From assembly GCA_018398765.1 (NCBI GenBank), contig JAHBMJ010000496.1, positions 1 through 48,207 on the forward strand: a stretch of DNA of 48,207 bases, in the 5' to 3' direction. The notes below the pieces were generated by a model that did no database searches, was not told the origin of the DNA, and saw nothing but the letters and a program-made list of their open reading frames with translations. The position numbers and the translations under genes were made by a program. Below, one piece after another: positions 1 to 11,407 of this stretch; the stretch's first letter is position 1, and each line of letters opens with the position of its first letter. Source of the DNA: Chromera velia (taxonomy: Eukaryota).

Positions 1-64
1 CACTGAAGAACTGATGCTTCATTTCCATTCCTTTTGTTCTGTCTCATCTTGCACTTCAACGCAG

Positions 65-426
65 ACTCTGAGGATGCTGATGTCGACATGGTTCAGGAGA
101 CAGAGCGTGGACGTCGCGTGCGATCACGCTGCTAACCTGTGGACACTGGGAGTGTTGTGGATCTCGACCCCGACGAGCTTGCGATCGAAGGTGACATCGA
201 TGATGAAGATGGGCAGGACGAAGACGAGGACAACGAAAGGGACGAAACCTATGAGGACAACAGTGACGACAACGGCGACGAAGATGAGGACAATGACGAG
301 GAGTTGGAGGGCGAGGAGGACGAAGATGATGACGTTGAGAACGACAACACCGCCAACAACTCCGGAAAGCGACCTGCGTCGCAGAAAAAGGGGGGACAGA
401 AAAAGAAGCCGAAGACGGGCCGTTGA
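65..426 (+). CDS. 3' terminal exon(s) of an acidic (D/E-rich) low-complexity protein with a basic, NLS-like C-terminus
   Basis: ORF 139..426 is a D/E-rich tract ending KRPASQKKGGQKKKPKTGR*. A pyrimidine tract plus 'acgcag' acceptor ends at ~64. The start lies outside the window or is uncertain. Confidence 0.45.
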
Positions 427-519
427 CTAGGTCGTGCATCTCTGGCCGGCCGTGTTCCTGCTTTAGTCAGACAAGTTCGACAGAAAGCGGAAAGCGACCC
501 TTTCGCCCTCTGGCAAGGG

Positions 520-1113
520 TTGGGCACTTTGGCTGGTACGGTTGCGCTCGAAAGCATTTGCTCTTCGTTTCTCGAGTTGCAAGTGCATTTTGCATCTGAA
601 GGGAAGATCTTGAAATCTTTGGCTGACTTTGGAGCGGGGATTGCTCTGCCTGCCGTCTGTGCCCTCCTTGGAATTGTGCCTGCGTTGCAGTCTGCATTAT
701 GCTTTGAAGTCAGTGAGGAGGTGGTTCAGCTAGAAGTATTCTTCGTTACCTCTTTTTCTCTGTCGAGTGCAATAACCTTTGTAAAGAAAGAGGTAGGGGC
801 AGGGTTAATCGACGAAATTGCAGCGATGCTCAATTGTCATGAGATCGACTGTGTGTACGTGTACGTAAATGTTTCTAATGTGTGGTCGACCTTCGATGAG
901 TCAGTCTACCGCATAGTTGAGAAAGTGTCTTGCTGTCGGGCTTTGTTAGTTTTTTCGAGACCGCTTGCAAAGGCGGTGGAAGAGTTAGGATTCTCAATCT
1001 TTTGTAAAAAAACCGTGCAAATGGAGGGCAGCAGAGATGAAGAGACGCTCTACCTACTCATAAGAGACACTGGCCCATATGATGGTGATGGCTCTTCTTC
1101 CGGACGGGTTTAA
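520..1113 (+). CDS. Hypothetical protein (197 aa ORF, no recognised domain)
   Basis: Open frame with globular-looking composition. Non-ATG start; no motif recognised. Confidence 0.3.
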   Translation: MGTLAGTVALESICSSFLELQVHFASEGKILKSLADFGAGIALPAVCALLGIVPALQSALCFEVSEEVVQLEVFFVTSFSLSSAITFVKKEVGAGLIDEIAAMLNCHEIDCVYVYVNVSNVWSTFDESVYRIVEKVSCCRALLVFSRPLAKAVEELGFSIFCKKTVQMEGSRDEETLYLLIRDTGPYDGDGSSSGRV

Positions 1114-1362
1114 AGGAAAAACTTTGCTTTCATTCTTGTTGTATGTCTGTGGGGGAGAGAGCTTCGGGAGAGGAGAGAGGGAGGGCAGCTCAGGCCCAGC
1201 CAGAGAGAGGAGAACATTTATTTATTTTCTCGTACTGCCTGCCAGTGCTCGGTCATTTAAAGTCACTCATGCTGTATTCATTGGTATGAACCGCAGCCAT
1301 GCTGATCATCGCACGTACATACATATTGCTGAAATCACTCAATGCAAATAAGAGTGTAGCTC

Positions 1363-1363
<1 letters not shown>

Positions 1364-1419
<56 letters not shown>

Positions 1420-1517
1420 ATGCTTGTGTGTGCGTGTGTATGCGTGTGCGTGCGTCTGTGTGTGTGTACGTGTGTGTATGTGTGTGTGTGTGTGTGTGTG
1501 TGTATGACACTGTATGC

Positions 1518-1549
<32 letters not shown>

Positions 1550-1595
1550 GTGTGTGTGTATGTGTGTGTGTGTGTGTGTACGTGCGTGTGTGTCT
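1364..1595. repeat. Degenerate (TG)n/(TGTA)n microsatellite
   Basis: Directly visible; generates spurious CVCV/HTHT ORFs. Confidence 0.95.
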
Positions 1596-2128
1596 ATCTG
1601 TAAAGACGTGCCTCATCTGCATGATTTGAATCCATATCTACCAGATCATGTCGCTGCTGGATTCACTCTCACCTTCTTCCTAACCTGCCCGTCTACACTT
1701 CCTGCACTCCAGCCAGTGTAGTGAAGGGATCGATGTTATCGCATACTAACACGGTGGCTAAGAAAGCTGTCCCAGAAGCGGTACATAACCTGCATGTATA
1801 GACGCGCGCTGCATAAGCAAACAGTATAAATAACACATTATCCCGTATAGCAGGATAAGATTGTAAATCTCAGTGTAGAATAAATAACAGTACAAAAGTA
1901 TAAATTCAATTGAGTGATATTGAATTAAACCTAATTATGTTATAATAAAATATAAATTCAATTATTATTAAACTTATTATTAAAAAATGAGAATTGTATG
2001 TGTTTTAACATTATAAGTGTTTTTTGTATTTAAAAAATTGATTTTAATTATATATTTATGAATTAAAGCACACTGTCACTTCAATTAGTTTTTTAAAGTC
2101 CGACTTAGGGGCAAAAGTCCATTTGTGA

Positions 2129-3757
2129 GGGCACAGGCCTCTAACAGAAGAAAGAAATACAAAGTTGAAAAGACACTTACAGGAATGGAAAGAAACCTTT
2201 GAGTCAGCGGTGGACTCAACCTAAGCAAGAAAAGGCCTATTTCTATCGCCCATTTGTCCGCTTTCGGCCTCTTTGATGCGCCGTCTAAGAAAGTCTTTGT
2301 CAATTATGTTGGTTGATCGCTCCAAAGGCGATTTGGCTTTTATGTGCCCGAGGGCTTATAAGCATTTTGGGGTTTTTGAGCTCTTTCCTGCCTCTAAAGC
2401 ATTTGAGCATCTGACGGAGGAACAAGTGAAAGAAAAGACAAATCGATGGTTTCGGCCTGCTTGGCCGAAGGTGCTGCTGGAGGCAGTTGAAGTCTTCCCT
2501 CCTAGAAGTAAAGCATCTTACCAGTGGGGGCTTGGGGTAGCTCTTTCAAAAAGAAAATCTTGGAACGAGGAAGGAAAGCCTCCAAGTGGTTGGGGAGAAA
2601 TGAAATTTTGTCCTTTATCTTCGTATTTTCATCATGCTTGGAGAAAGGCTCTTTCTGTTGTTTGTCGGGCTCTGAATTTTTTGACATCTTCTATGTCTCC
2701 TCATGTCACATTGATAGCACCTGATCAATTCATCACTGCAGTAGACAGATTGAATTCAGGAGAGTCAGATTTGACATGCGAACAATTTTCTTTGTGTAAT
2801 CCACAAGGCCCGGCTCATGGAGCAAAACTGTCTGTGAGAATAGAAGATATTAAAGAGTTCTTCCCTTCATGCCTGTGTGAAGAAGTACTTCAGGAAGTGA
2901 ATAAACACATCCGTGAAGTACATGAGGAAAAGAGAGCGAGGTTTATGTGTTTTCCGAAGGGATTGGTTGAGAGAGTTTTTCGTCGGCAAATTAGACCTAG
3001 AGGTGGTCGATTTTTGGCATCATCTGTGTATGTGCGCCTCGTCCCGTTCTTTTCGTCACGTTGCAATTATTTTCATGCTGATGCCCTTCCTTTGTGGTGG
3101 GTGCCTGAGTTCTTGAAACTTGATTTTGAGACTTGTTGCATTAGAGTGGGTAAGTGGTTTCTTCATCAGAAAGAAGGGTGGCCACAGGGGGCGCCAGTGT
3201 CTCCGGGGGGGACGCAGTTTTATGCTGCCCGCAAAGAGAGGCAATGGGCTCAGCATAGGGGTGTGGATTCTTTTAGAACTGATGCATGGTTAATAGCTCG
3301 TTGGATTGATGATCGTCTGATTGTGTTTCGGCATCAGGAGTAGCTTTCACTTAGTCAATCTTCTTTTCTTTCTGCTTTCTTCAATCCATAATTTTATGCT
3401 CCTACATGCAAGCTTGTGCAGCAAGAAAAGAATGACTTCTTGCAGTTTCATTTGTCAGTATATCCAGTTACTGCAAGACTGTTTTGTACGCCTAAGAAGT
3501 CAGTAGCTCCTTTTCCTCGCTATATGCATGCAACTGCTGCTCATCCAAATTTCTTGAAAAAGAGGATTTTGAAGGGTCATTTCATGCGTACGATGTTGTA
3601 TTGTGTCGGTCCCCCATCCATGTTGATTACTGTAATGCATGATTTAATTAATGAGTTGTGCTATTTTGGGTACCCACGAGAGTTATGTGTACATACAGCA
3701 AGGGAGGTGTATTATATGTTGTTTCGTTTGCCGTTGCCGGACTGTTTATCAGATTGA
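2129..3757 (+). pseudogene. Penelope-like element (PLE) reverse transcriptase, inactivated by in-frame stops
   Basis: One reading frame carries EWK...IMLVDRSKGDLAFMC, RT motif A EDIKEFFPS, motif B' HQKEGWPQGAPVSP, motif C ARWIDD, then PLE-type thumb motifs FLQFHL...RYMHATAAHPNFLKKRILKGHFMR...C...LCYFGYP. ORFs 2273..3343 and 3416..3757 share a frame, broken by TAA 2222, TAG 3341 and TAA 3389. Confidence 0.85.
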
Positions 3758-5236
3758 TTAGAAGAGTGTGAAAGCGTAGGCAGTATGCCCCGTGTGTGCA
3801 TGTGTTTATGTGCTGTTGGTGTTGCTGGGCCGTGAGGCCCGGTAACGCCAACAGCTCTTCGTTTTCTTCATGCTTATCGGTATGCGCAAGCGCATACCTC
3901 CAAGCACTTCGTTCACTTCGAGCTGTTGGTATTACATTTGATTTGGTGTGTATGTGGATGCATGTTGGTGTTCCATTATGTTGCATGCATGCTAGTGTTG
4001 CTTTTTAAGGTCTCTCGCATGATGCACAGCGAGAATAATCTGCGCACACACACGTTTGACCACAAAATTTGATCAAAAACATGCCGTGCGTGATTGCATT
4101 GGATCAAGTGACTGTGGCTAGCCGGATAGCTTTCTTTTGAAGCATCCTTGCTTGTCAGTCACAACAAATCGAGACCTTAAAAAGAAAGTCGGCGCAGTGA
4201 AGACTACTGACTAGATTGTCCATCTGGCCTACAGCTTATCTTATAAGCTAGTTACAAGTTAGTTAGTTCAAAGTCATGTCGCCACGATTTGGCAGGGTGG
4301 CGGGCAGCTTGACCTGGCGGGGCCCTGAAGTCTATCAATGCTTGGACCCCCCCGCCAACGAAAGAAATACCCGCTAAAAGAAAGTCTACCGCGCTCTTAT
4401 GTCCCCGTCCGCCCCCCGCCAGCCCCCTACCACCATCCGCCAGCCTCCCGCCACCACCCACCGCCTGGATCTGCCGCCCCAAGCAGTTGGTTCACACAGT
4501 TCTCTCTACCCAAACCCATTGGTTAATATTGGTTGGCATAGAATGGCATAGAGAAAAAGGAAGCGGATCAGATGAAGAGTTTCCCACAGAGTTTGACCGA
4601 TGCTAGACATACAGCGCCTGTCACATAGGCACCACACGCGACCATACGCCACATATCCTTCCTACTTACCTGTATCTGCAGCCACCGCAGAGGTCTTGCT
4701 CCTCTAAGGTGGTTGAAGCCTGCATCCAACGAGCACAACAGATGTACATCACTGCACTGACCTTGTCTGTAGCGGATGACATAGACGGAAGAGCCTCTGG
4801 GTGGAGCGGGGGGCTCTTTGTTCACCACCTGCACAAACTGTCCTACAAGAAGGCAACAGACTCTTCAACTCCACAAACAAATCCCCGAAGTATCAATATT
4901 GGCTGCAGCCGGCTGCAATGCAAAGAAACAAGGAAGATGCATTGTTCAGCATGGCAGGGGAGAGAACAAGAAGCCTACTCGGTGTCACAAAGGGACTGCT
5001 GGAGGGGTAGACAGGTGTTGCTCACACCGTCTCCAGATGAGGTCACACTCGAGGGTCTCATCTCAAAAACCACCACAAAAGGTGAAACCCGGACATAGAA
5101 CAGAGTCCATGGGTATTGTAGAAAGAGAACTGTACCAGTTTGTTGGAAGGATCTACTTCCCAGCCACTCTTGTACATTGAGGACACTTCAGACTGTGTGA
5201 CTGAATGTATGTTTCATTGAGCTTTCGGAGCCGATT

Positions 5237-5398
5237 TTGAAAGCCGATTTTGAACAGTGACGCACGCACGAGCGCGGGCCCGGCCCGGGCCGGCCGGCAA
5301 GCGTCGTCAAGCCCGGCCGGGCCCATGCACGCGCGCGCGCCCCCGGCCCGATGGGCACTATATATACGTGTGCGTCACTGTTCAAAATCGGCTTTCAA
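5237..5398. repeat. 162-bp hairpin/MITE-like element with perfect 29-bp terminal inverted repeats and a GC-rich core
   Basis: ttgaaagccgattttgaacagtgacgcac (5237-5265) is the reverse complement of gtgcgtcactgttcaaaatcggctttcaa (5370-5398). Confidence 0.8.
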
Positions 5399-5439
5399 TT
5401 CGCGACGTACGCGCATGCATGCAACACGCCGATTCGCTG

Positions 5440-6156
5440 ATCTGACGCAAGTAAGCTTGCGAACGGCCCCGGAAAGCAAGAAAAATGAGAACTTCACGAT
5501 TGATGCACGCCGGCCAGCTGATCGGGTGGTCATGCCGACTCCCCCCCCCCGTGGGAAAAGCCGCAGAATCCCCCCTCCCCTAGGAAAAAAGCCCGGGGAT
5601 GCAGCTTGTGACGTACGCATGCATGATGACGTGGGTTCATGCACGCTTTTCTGGACTATTTGGGGCGGGATCTTTCCGGAGCCTTTTTTTGGTGAAAGAC
5701 ACCTGACGCACACATATTTGGCGCACATTCAGCCTTTCGGGGCCGGGTTTTTGCTAAAAGACAGCGTACGTGCATGCACGTGGGCTGGGATATCTGACAC
5801 AAGCAAGCTTTCGAACGGCCCCGGAAAGCAAGAAAAATGACAACTGCACGATTGACGTACGCCAACCAGTTGACTACCCCCCCCCCACCCCTTCGCTGGA
5901 AAAGCCGCGGAACTCTCCCCCCCCGCGCGGGAAAAAAGCCCAGGGGAAAGCGCCGATCGATCTGAACCCCATCTGACGCACGCATAGCGCAATATTCAGC
6001 CTTTCGGGGCCGGGTTTTTGCCGAAAGACAGCATGCATACACGTGGGCTGGGGTATTTCTGTTTTCTAAGTGCCCCCCGCTTCGCTTTCCGGGGCCAAGT
6101 GCTTTCCGGGGCCATTTCTGTTTTCTAAGTGCCCCCCGCTTCGCTTTCCGGGGCCA
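5440..6156. repeat. Complex GC-rich direct-repeat block (non-coding, probably transposon subterminal repeats)
   Basis: cgaacggccccggaaagcaagaaaaatga at ~5460 and ~5812; attcagcctttcggggccgggtttttgc at ~5727 and ~5994; tttctgtttt(t)ctaagtgccccccgcttcgctttccgggg at ~6056 and ~6115. Confidence 0.75.
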
Positions 6157-7159
6157 CTTAAAGAGGACTGCAACTCTGTGTGCAGACTGCAGAATTTTTT
6201 GTCCCCGGAATCGCCGTGGCGTCTCTCAACAACTCTACATCGCGTCCAGCAGCTAGTGGGACGCTGGGAAGCGAGACTAGATCCGTTGTTTTCCCTTACT
6301 GCAGCTGGGTGTTGTCCGTCTCGATCCGGTGCGCTTGTGCTTCGAACTGGACTGGGCAAGGAGGCATTTCCTACCCCGAGTGGAGGCCTCTCAGTGGGCA
6401 GCGACTCAGGGAGTAGCAACAACTCGGGGAGGCGCGAGAATATGTGGGGGGGGGGAGGAGGAAGTCGGGGGGGCAGGTTTTGAGTGGAGGCTGAGGGCGT
6501 CAGTCTTATCCCGTCTCTGCTTGAGCGTAGACGTCTGTAACCAACACATTGGGTCGGGGCCTGCTCCAAGGCTTCATGAGGAGGGCAGCCACGAGTACAC
6601 CGGTGGGGATGTTGATCAGGGGGCGGACTCTGGAACAAGAGGGCAGGTGCTCTTGGATGAGCAGAAACTGCCGGACTGGCGAGATGTTGACGAGACAGGT
6701 CCGTCGTGAAGCCTGCCTGTTGTCTTCCCAGCCCTAGTCCCAGCCTTGCGTGCTCTACGATTCCTGTGCCCACTCGGCCAAAGTGGTTTTGCCCTTCCTG
6801 TTCTTCTGTCCTGGACCTCAAGCTCAGTGACCTCCCTACTCTCCGCAGCTCCTTCTGCTCCCCTTCCCTTTTGTGCCTGCCCCTTCTGCCCGTTGGGTTC
6901 CTTCCTCCCCACCTTTTGCCTCCCCCTTTCGATTTGTCTGCTCCTTCCTGACCGTCCTCACCCTCCCAGGTCCTTCCACAGCTCCTGCCCTCAGTGACAC
7001 CAACTCGGAATCCCTTTGGTTCGGAGTCTTCTTTCCGATCAACCTCCAAGCACCTCTACGTGTGGTTTCTTCTTGTACCCTGTTCTTCTGCCCTTCCCTC
7101 CCTCCACAGTCCTGCCTGTCCCCTCCCCTTCTGTGCTTATCTCCAGTGGTTCCGTCTTT

Positions 7160-7760
7160 CCCCCTGTGGTTCGGTTCTGCTGCGTCCTCGGTTCAACCAT
7201 GCCCTTCGTTCTCCCCTGCCGTTCTGTCCTCACCGCTTGCCCCCTGTTTCTCTGCCCTTCGTTCCCCCTGCCGTTTTGTCCTCATGCACCTCTTGCCCCC
7301 TGTGTCTCTTCCAGCCATGCCCTTTGTTCTCCCCTGCCGTTCTGTCCTCACCTCTTGCCCCCTGTTTCGCTTCCAGCCATGCCCTTCGTTCCCTAATGCC
7401 GTTCTGTGCTCACCTCTTGCTCTTTCAGCCCTCCCCTTCGTTCCCACCGGCCGTTCTGTCCTCATCTCTTGCCTTTCCAGCCCTGCCCTTCGTTGCCCCC
7501 TGCCGTTCTGTCCTCACTTTTTGCCCCCTGCTTCTCTTCCAGCCCTGCCCTTCGTTGCCCCCTGTCGTTCTGTCCTCGCATCTTGCCCCCTGTTTCTCTT
7601 CCAGCCATGCCCTTCGTTCCTTGATACCGTTCTGTGCTCCCCTCTTGCCCCTTGTTTCTCTTCCAACCGCCCTTCGTTCCTTCATGCCTATTTCTCTTCC
7701 AGCTCTGCCCTTCGTTCCCCCCTGCCGTTTTGTCCTCACCTCTTGCCACCCCTTCGTAGT
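7160..7760. repeat. Degenerate pyrimidine-rich minisatellite, ~60-bp unit
   Basis: Recurrent unit gcccttcgttcccc(c)tgccgttctgtcctcacctcttgccccctgtttctcttccagccat, about ten copies. Confidence 0.85.
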
Positions 7761-7856
7761 TTCGTCCTCTCCTTGCCTCATGGGACCTCCGTGGTTTCTT
7801 CCTGCCTTTCACACTTCTTCTTGTGTCCCTCAAGCTGGATCTGTCTCGGAAGGCCG

Positions 7857-10203
7857 AATCATTCTTTCCCCTCTCCTTCCTGCAGGAGTTTTGAAAGATC
7901 TCGGGAGGACCTCTGTCCTGCCCAACCTGGGACAGGAACACGGCCTGTCTGCAGCCCAACGAGAAGTGGTCAGTCACGTGTTTCCGGCTTGTAGATAGTA
8001 ACCATGTTTGATTTGATTATATTTGATTTGATTTGATTTGATTTAACCTTCAACCTCAAATATTTGATATTTGAGGTAAGATTTGAGGTTAACCTCTTAG
8101 GGTTCCTCACTGAGTCACTGACTTACTGTCACTCTAATTATTTTTCTCATGACAATAGTTATCAGATTGATAGGTCTTTAAACACTAGGTCCTCCCTGAC
8201 TGGATATTTGATTTGAGCTTAAGCCCTACCTCAAATCAAATCTACCTCCCTGAACCTAATGTCCACTTGAATGGTGGGGCCACATTTTTAGATAGGCTTG
8301 AACGCCCGCGCCGCAGGCGCGGGCGGTATCTTGAAGGCCCGCGCCGCAGGCGCGGGCGGTGTCTTGAAAGGCAGCGCCGCAGGCGTAAGCAGTGTCTTGA
8401 CCAGCCGCGCCGCAGGCGTGGGCGGTGTCTTGAAAGGCAACATGCAGCTGCATGCTAAAGAATCGCAGCTGCATACGTGTCCACCCGTCTCCCGAAGTGC
8501 AAATGTATCTAAACAACCCCGAAGAAAAAAAGATCGACGAGATTGACGGACTTTCAGACTTTTCGTTCAATTACCTTACCTCTCAGAGTACCCAACATGA
8601 CCCAACAGAAGAAGGATTCATAGCATCAGAAGTATAATTGCCTACAAAGTGTTGGTGGTTAATCTTGCTTTGCCAGAGTCTAAGAGAAACTGAGACTTGC
8701 AGAAGGCTTTCCGGCAGGAAACTCCTCGTGCGACACCCGGACCCCCAACTCCACCCTCGGGGTTACTCCTTCAACATATCGAAGGAAGACCCCGCCTTCT
8801 TGCAGAGCATGTTCAAGGCTCTAGAAAAGCCGCTCGGAAAGGCCGACAAGCGGCAAGAGGTGTACACCAAGCTCAGAGAAGCAGTCGGCGTGAAGAATGC
8901 TGAATCGGTGAGGGAGTTCGATCCCGAGAATCCCAACGATAGATCCCTCGTCGGCCTTTCAGACAGAAGTTAAGCAAGGGCAGTCGCACGCTGTCTACAG
9001 TCCCTTGTCCCGGCCTCACAAGCCCCCGCNAATCATTCTTTCCCCTCTCCTTCCTGCAGGAGTTTTGAAAGATCTCGGGAGGACCTCTGTCCTGCCCAAC
9101 CTGGGACAGGAACACGGCCTGTCTGCAGCCCAACGAGAAGTGGTCAGTCACGTGTTTCCGGCTTGTAGATAGTAACCATGTTTGATTTGATTATATTTGA
9201 TTTGATTTGATTTGATTTAACCTTCAACCTCAAATATTTGATATTTGAGGTAAGATTTGAGGTTAACCTCTTAGGGTTCCTCACTGAGTCACTGACTTAC
9301 TGTCACTCTAATTATTTTTCTCATGACAATAGTTATCAGATTGATAGGTCTTTAAACACTAGGTCCTCCCTGACTGGATATTTGATTTGAGCTTAAGCCC
9401 TACCTCAAATCAAATCTACCTCCCTGAACCTAATGTCCACTTGAATGGTGGGGCCACATTTTTAGATAGGCTTGAACGCCCGCGCCGCAGGCGCGGGCGG
9501 TATCTTGAAGGCCCGCGCCGCAGGCGCGGGCGGTGTCTTGAAAGGCAGCGCCGCAGGCGTAAGCAGTGTCTTGACCAGCCGCGCCGCAGGCGTGGGCGGT
9601 GTCTTGAAAGGCAACATGCAGCTGCATGCTAAAGAATCGCAGCTGCATACGTGTCCACCCGTCTCCCGAAGTGCAAATGTATCTAAACAACCCCGAAGAA
9701 AAAAAGATCGACGAGATTGACGGACTTTCAGACTTTTCGTTCAATTACCTTACCTCTCAGAGTACCCAACATGACCCAACAGAAGAAGGATTCATAGCAT
9801 CAGAAGTATAATTGCCTACAAAGTGTTGGTGGTTAATCTTGCTTTGCCAGAGTCTAAGAGAAACTGAGACTTGCAGAAGGCTTTCCGGCAGGAAACTCCT
9901 CGTGCGACACCCGGACCCCCAACTCCACCCTCGGGGTTACTCCTTCAACATATCGAAGGAAGACCCCGCCTTCTTGCAGAGCATGTTCAAGGCTCTAGAA
10001 AAGCCGCTCGGAAAGGCCGACAAGCGGCAAGAGGTGTACACCAAGCTCAGAGAAGCAGTCGGCGTGAAGAATGCTGAATCGGTGAGGGAGTTCGATCCCG
10101 AGAATCCCAACGATAGATCCCTCGTCGGCCTTTCAGACAGAAGTTAAGCAAGGGCAGTCGCACGCTGTCTACAGTCCCTTGTCCCGGCCTCACAAGCCCC
10201 CGC
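7857..10203. repeat. Tandem duplication 7857-9029 / 9031-10203 joined by a single N; probable assembly overlap artefact
   Basis: Copies look identical at offset 1174 (duplicate ORFs in the track); N at 9030. Confidence 0.85.
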
Positions 10204-10640
10204 CGCAACAAACAACAACGCCCCCCCTATTTCCATGGGTGCAAGCCCGTGAAACCTGCAGGTTGAGCAATCTTGCTAATTCTGATTCAGAAGATGAATG
10301 AATAGAGATGTTATATATGACCCTATACTGGCACCAAGCTATGTATGATATAATCTAGGATGTAATATTGATATTGTATAATTATATATGATGATATGTA
10401 CAAAACCTAGGCATGAATAGTATTTTAAAGGCAATATATCGATTTATTTATACTAATTTATACGTTATTATTTTTTAATTTTTTTTTATATTCTTTGAAT
10501 GAGATTTGCTAGGCCGCAAATTTGGATAGACTTGATTGGCCGCGCCGCAGGCGCGGACGATCTTGATATTTTTTTTTCAAGTGGACATTAGGTTCAGGGA
10601 GGTCATCAAATCAAATCAAATCAAACATGGTCACTAGCTA
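9166..10640. mobile_element. Non-autonomous TIR element with (TTTGA)n subterminal repeats, hosting a nested element
   Basis: Left end gtagatagtaaccatgtttgatttgatt (also at ~7992 in the duplicate copy) is an imperfect inverted match to right end aatcaaatcaaacatggtcactagctac. An uninterrupted right end of the same family lies at ~21270-21415. Confidence 0.7.
9418..10603. mobile_element. Nested 1186-bp non-autonomous DNA transposon with perfect 28-bp TIRs
   Basis: acctccctgaacctaatgtccacttgaa (9418-9445) is the reverse complement of 10576-10603. Four ~33-bp subterminal repeats (ccgcgccgcaggcgcgggcggtatcttgaagg) on the left, one more near 10540. Only short ORF remnants inside. Confidence 0.85.
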
Positions 10641-10646
10641 CCTGCA

Positions 10647-10687
<41 letters not shown>

Positions 10688-10697
10688 AAATATATAT

Positions 10698-11407
10698 ATG
10701 TTAAGGGAGACAACGAATATAGATGAACGACAGGTGGGTTTCAGGAAGGGGGTCGGTACAAGAGAAGCGATAGCTACTCTTTATGCTCTCACGACTTCAG
10801 CAAAGAAGAGACACAGACGCCTCCTTGCAGCGTTTGTTAACTTTAGCAAGGCATTTGACCGAGTATCCAGAAAGAAAATGATTGACAGACTTAGAGAGGA
10901 AGGAGTTAGCGAGAAGGACGTGTGCATGATTCATTCCATATATATGAATATGTCGGGAAGGGTGGATAGGTCGGATTGGGTTTTTTCCGAAAGTGCAGGG
11001 GTAAAACAGGGAGATCCACTTTCTCCTCTTCTTTTTCTTTTGTTTATTAATAATATTCATTCTGCTCTGAGTGTTGAAGGGAGGGAAACTGTTAACGGCT
11101 TGGATGGGGAATCAGATACGGATGAAAGACAGAGGGGGGGAGAATGTGGAGAGAGGAGGGAGGAGAGTGAAACAACGGAGCAGCGATCCCGTATCCCTGA
11201 GGAGGTAAGATTGGCGGACTTACTGCTTGAGAGCATAGGTTATGCAGACGATCTTGTTATTTTTGCTCACTCTTCTTCTGACCTGCAGTGGTGTTTGGAC
11301 CGTTTGGCCTCTTATTGTCAGGAACATGGGTTGAAAGTGAATTTAAAGAAAACAAAAGTTCTCGCACTCTCAGGCTCAAGAAGGGAAATAGAAGGGGAAG
11401 TGACTTT
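10698..11407 (+). pseudogene. Non-LTR retrotransposon (LINE) ORF2, RT part; 5'-truncated at a (TA)n tract
   Basis: QVGFRKG, AFVNFSKAFDRV, GVKQGDPLSPLLFLLFI, GYADDLV, GLKVNLKKTKV. Confidence 0.93.

Noticed and set aside
1253..1721. Cys/Val- and His/Thr-rich ORFs (also 16021-16305, 17025-17648, 29200-29531, 32474-32700)
   Set aside because: Translations of (TG)n, (TC)n and (GAAA)n microsatellites.
3341..3391. Stop-codon reassignment or readthrough as the explanation for in-frame TAA/TAG
   Set aside because: In-frame stops are confined to decayed TE-associated sequences; host-like genes have long stop-free frames and end in TAG, TAA or TGA normally.
6066..7998. Long overlapping ORFs (327-373 aa) and a weak minus-strand LINE endonuclease-like peptide (FLLIQE...VLVTDVYAQ)
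   Set aside because: The ORFs arise from stop-poor pyrimidine/purine-skewed repeats. The endonuclease-like peptide is bounded by stops and lacks GDFN/SDH motifs, so it is too weak to call.
8304..8440. 33-bp repeats, and the ~60-bp repeats at 7160-7760 and 24366-24491, as a CRISPR array
   Set aside because: Head-to-tail repeats with no unique spacers, no cas genes, and a eukaryotic context.
7857..10203. 1.17-kb tandem duplication as a biological event
   Set aside because: The copies look identical and are joined at a single N, typical of unmerged contig overlap.
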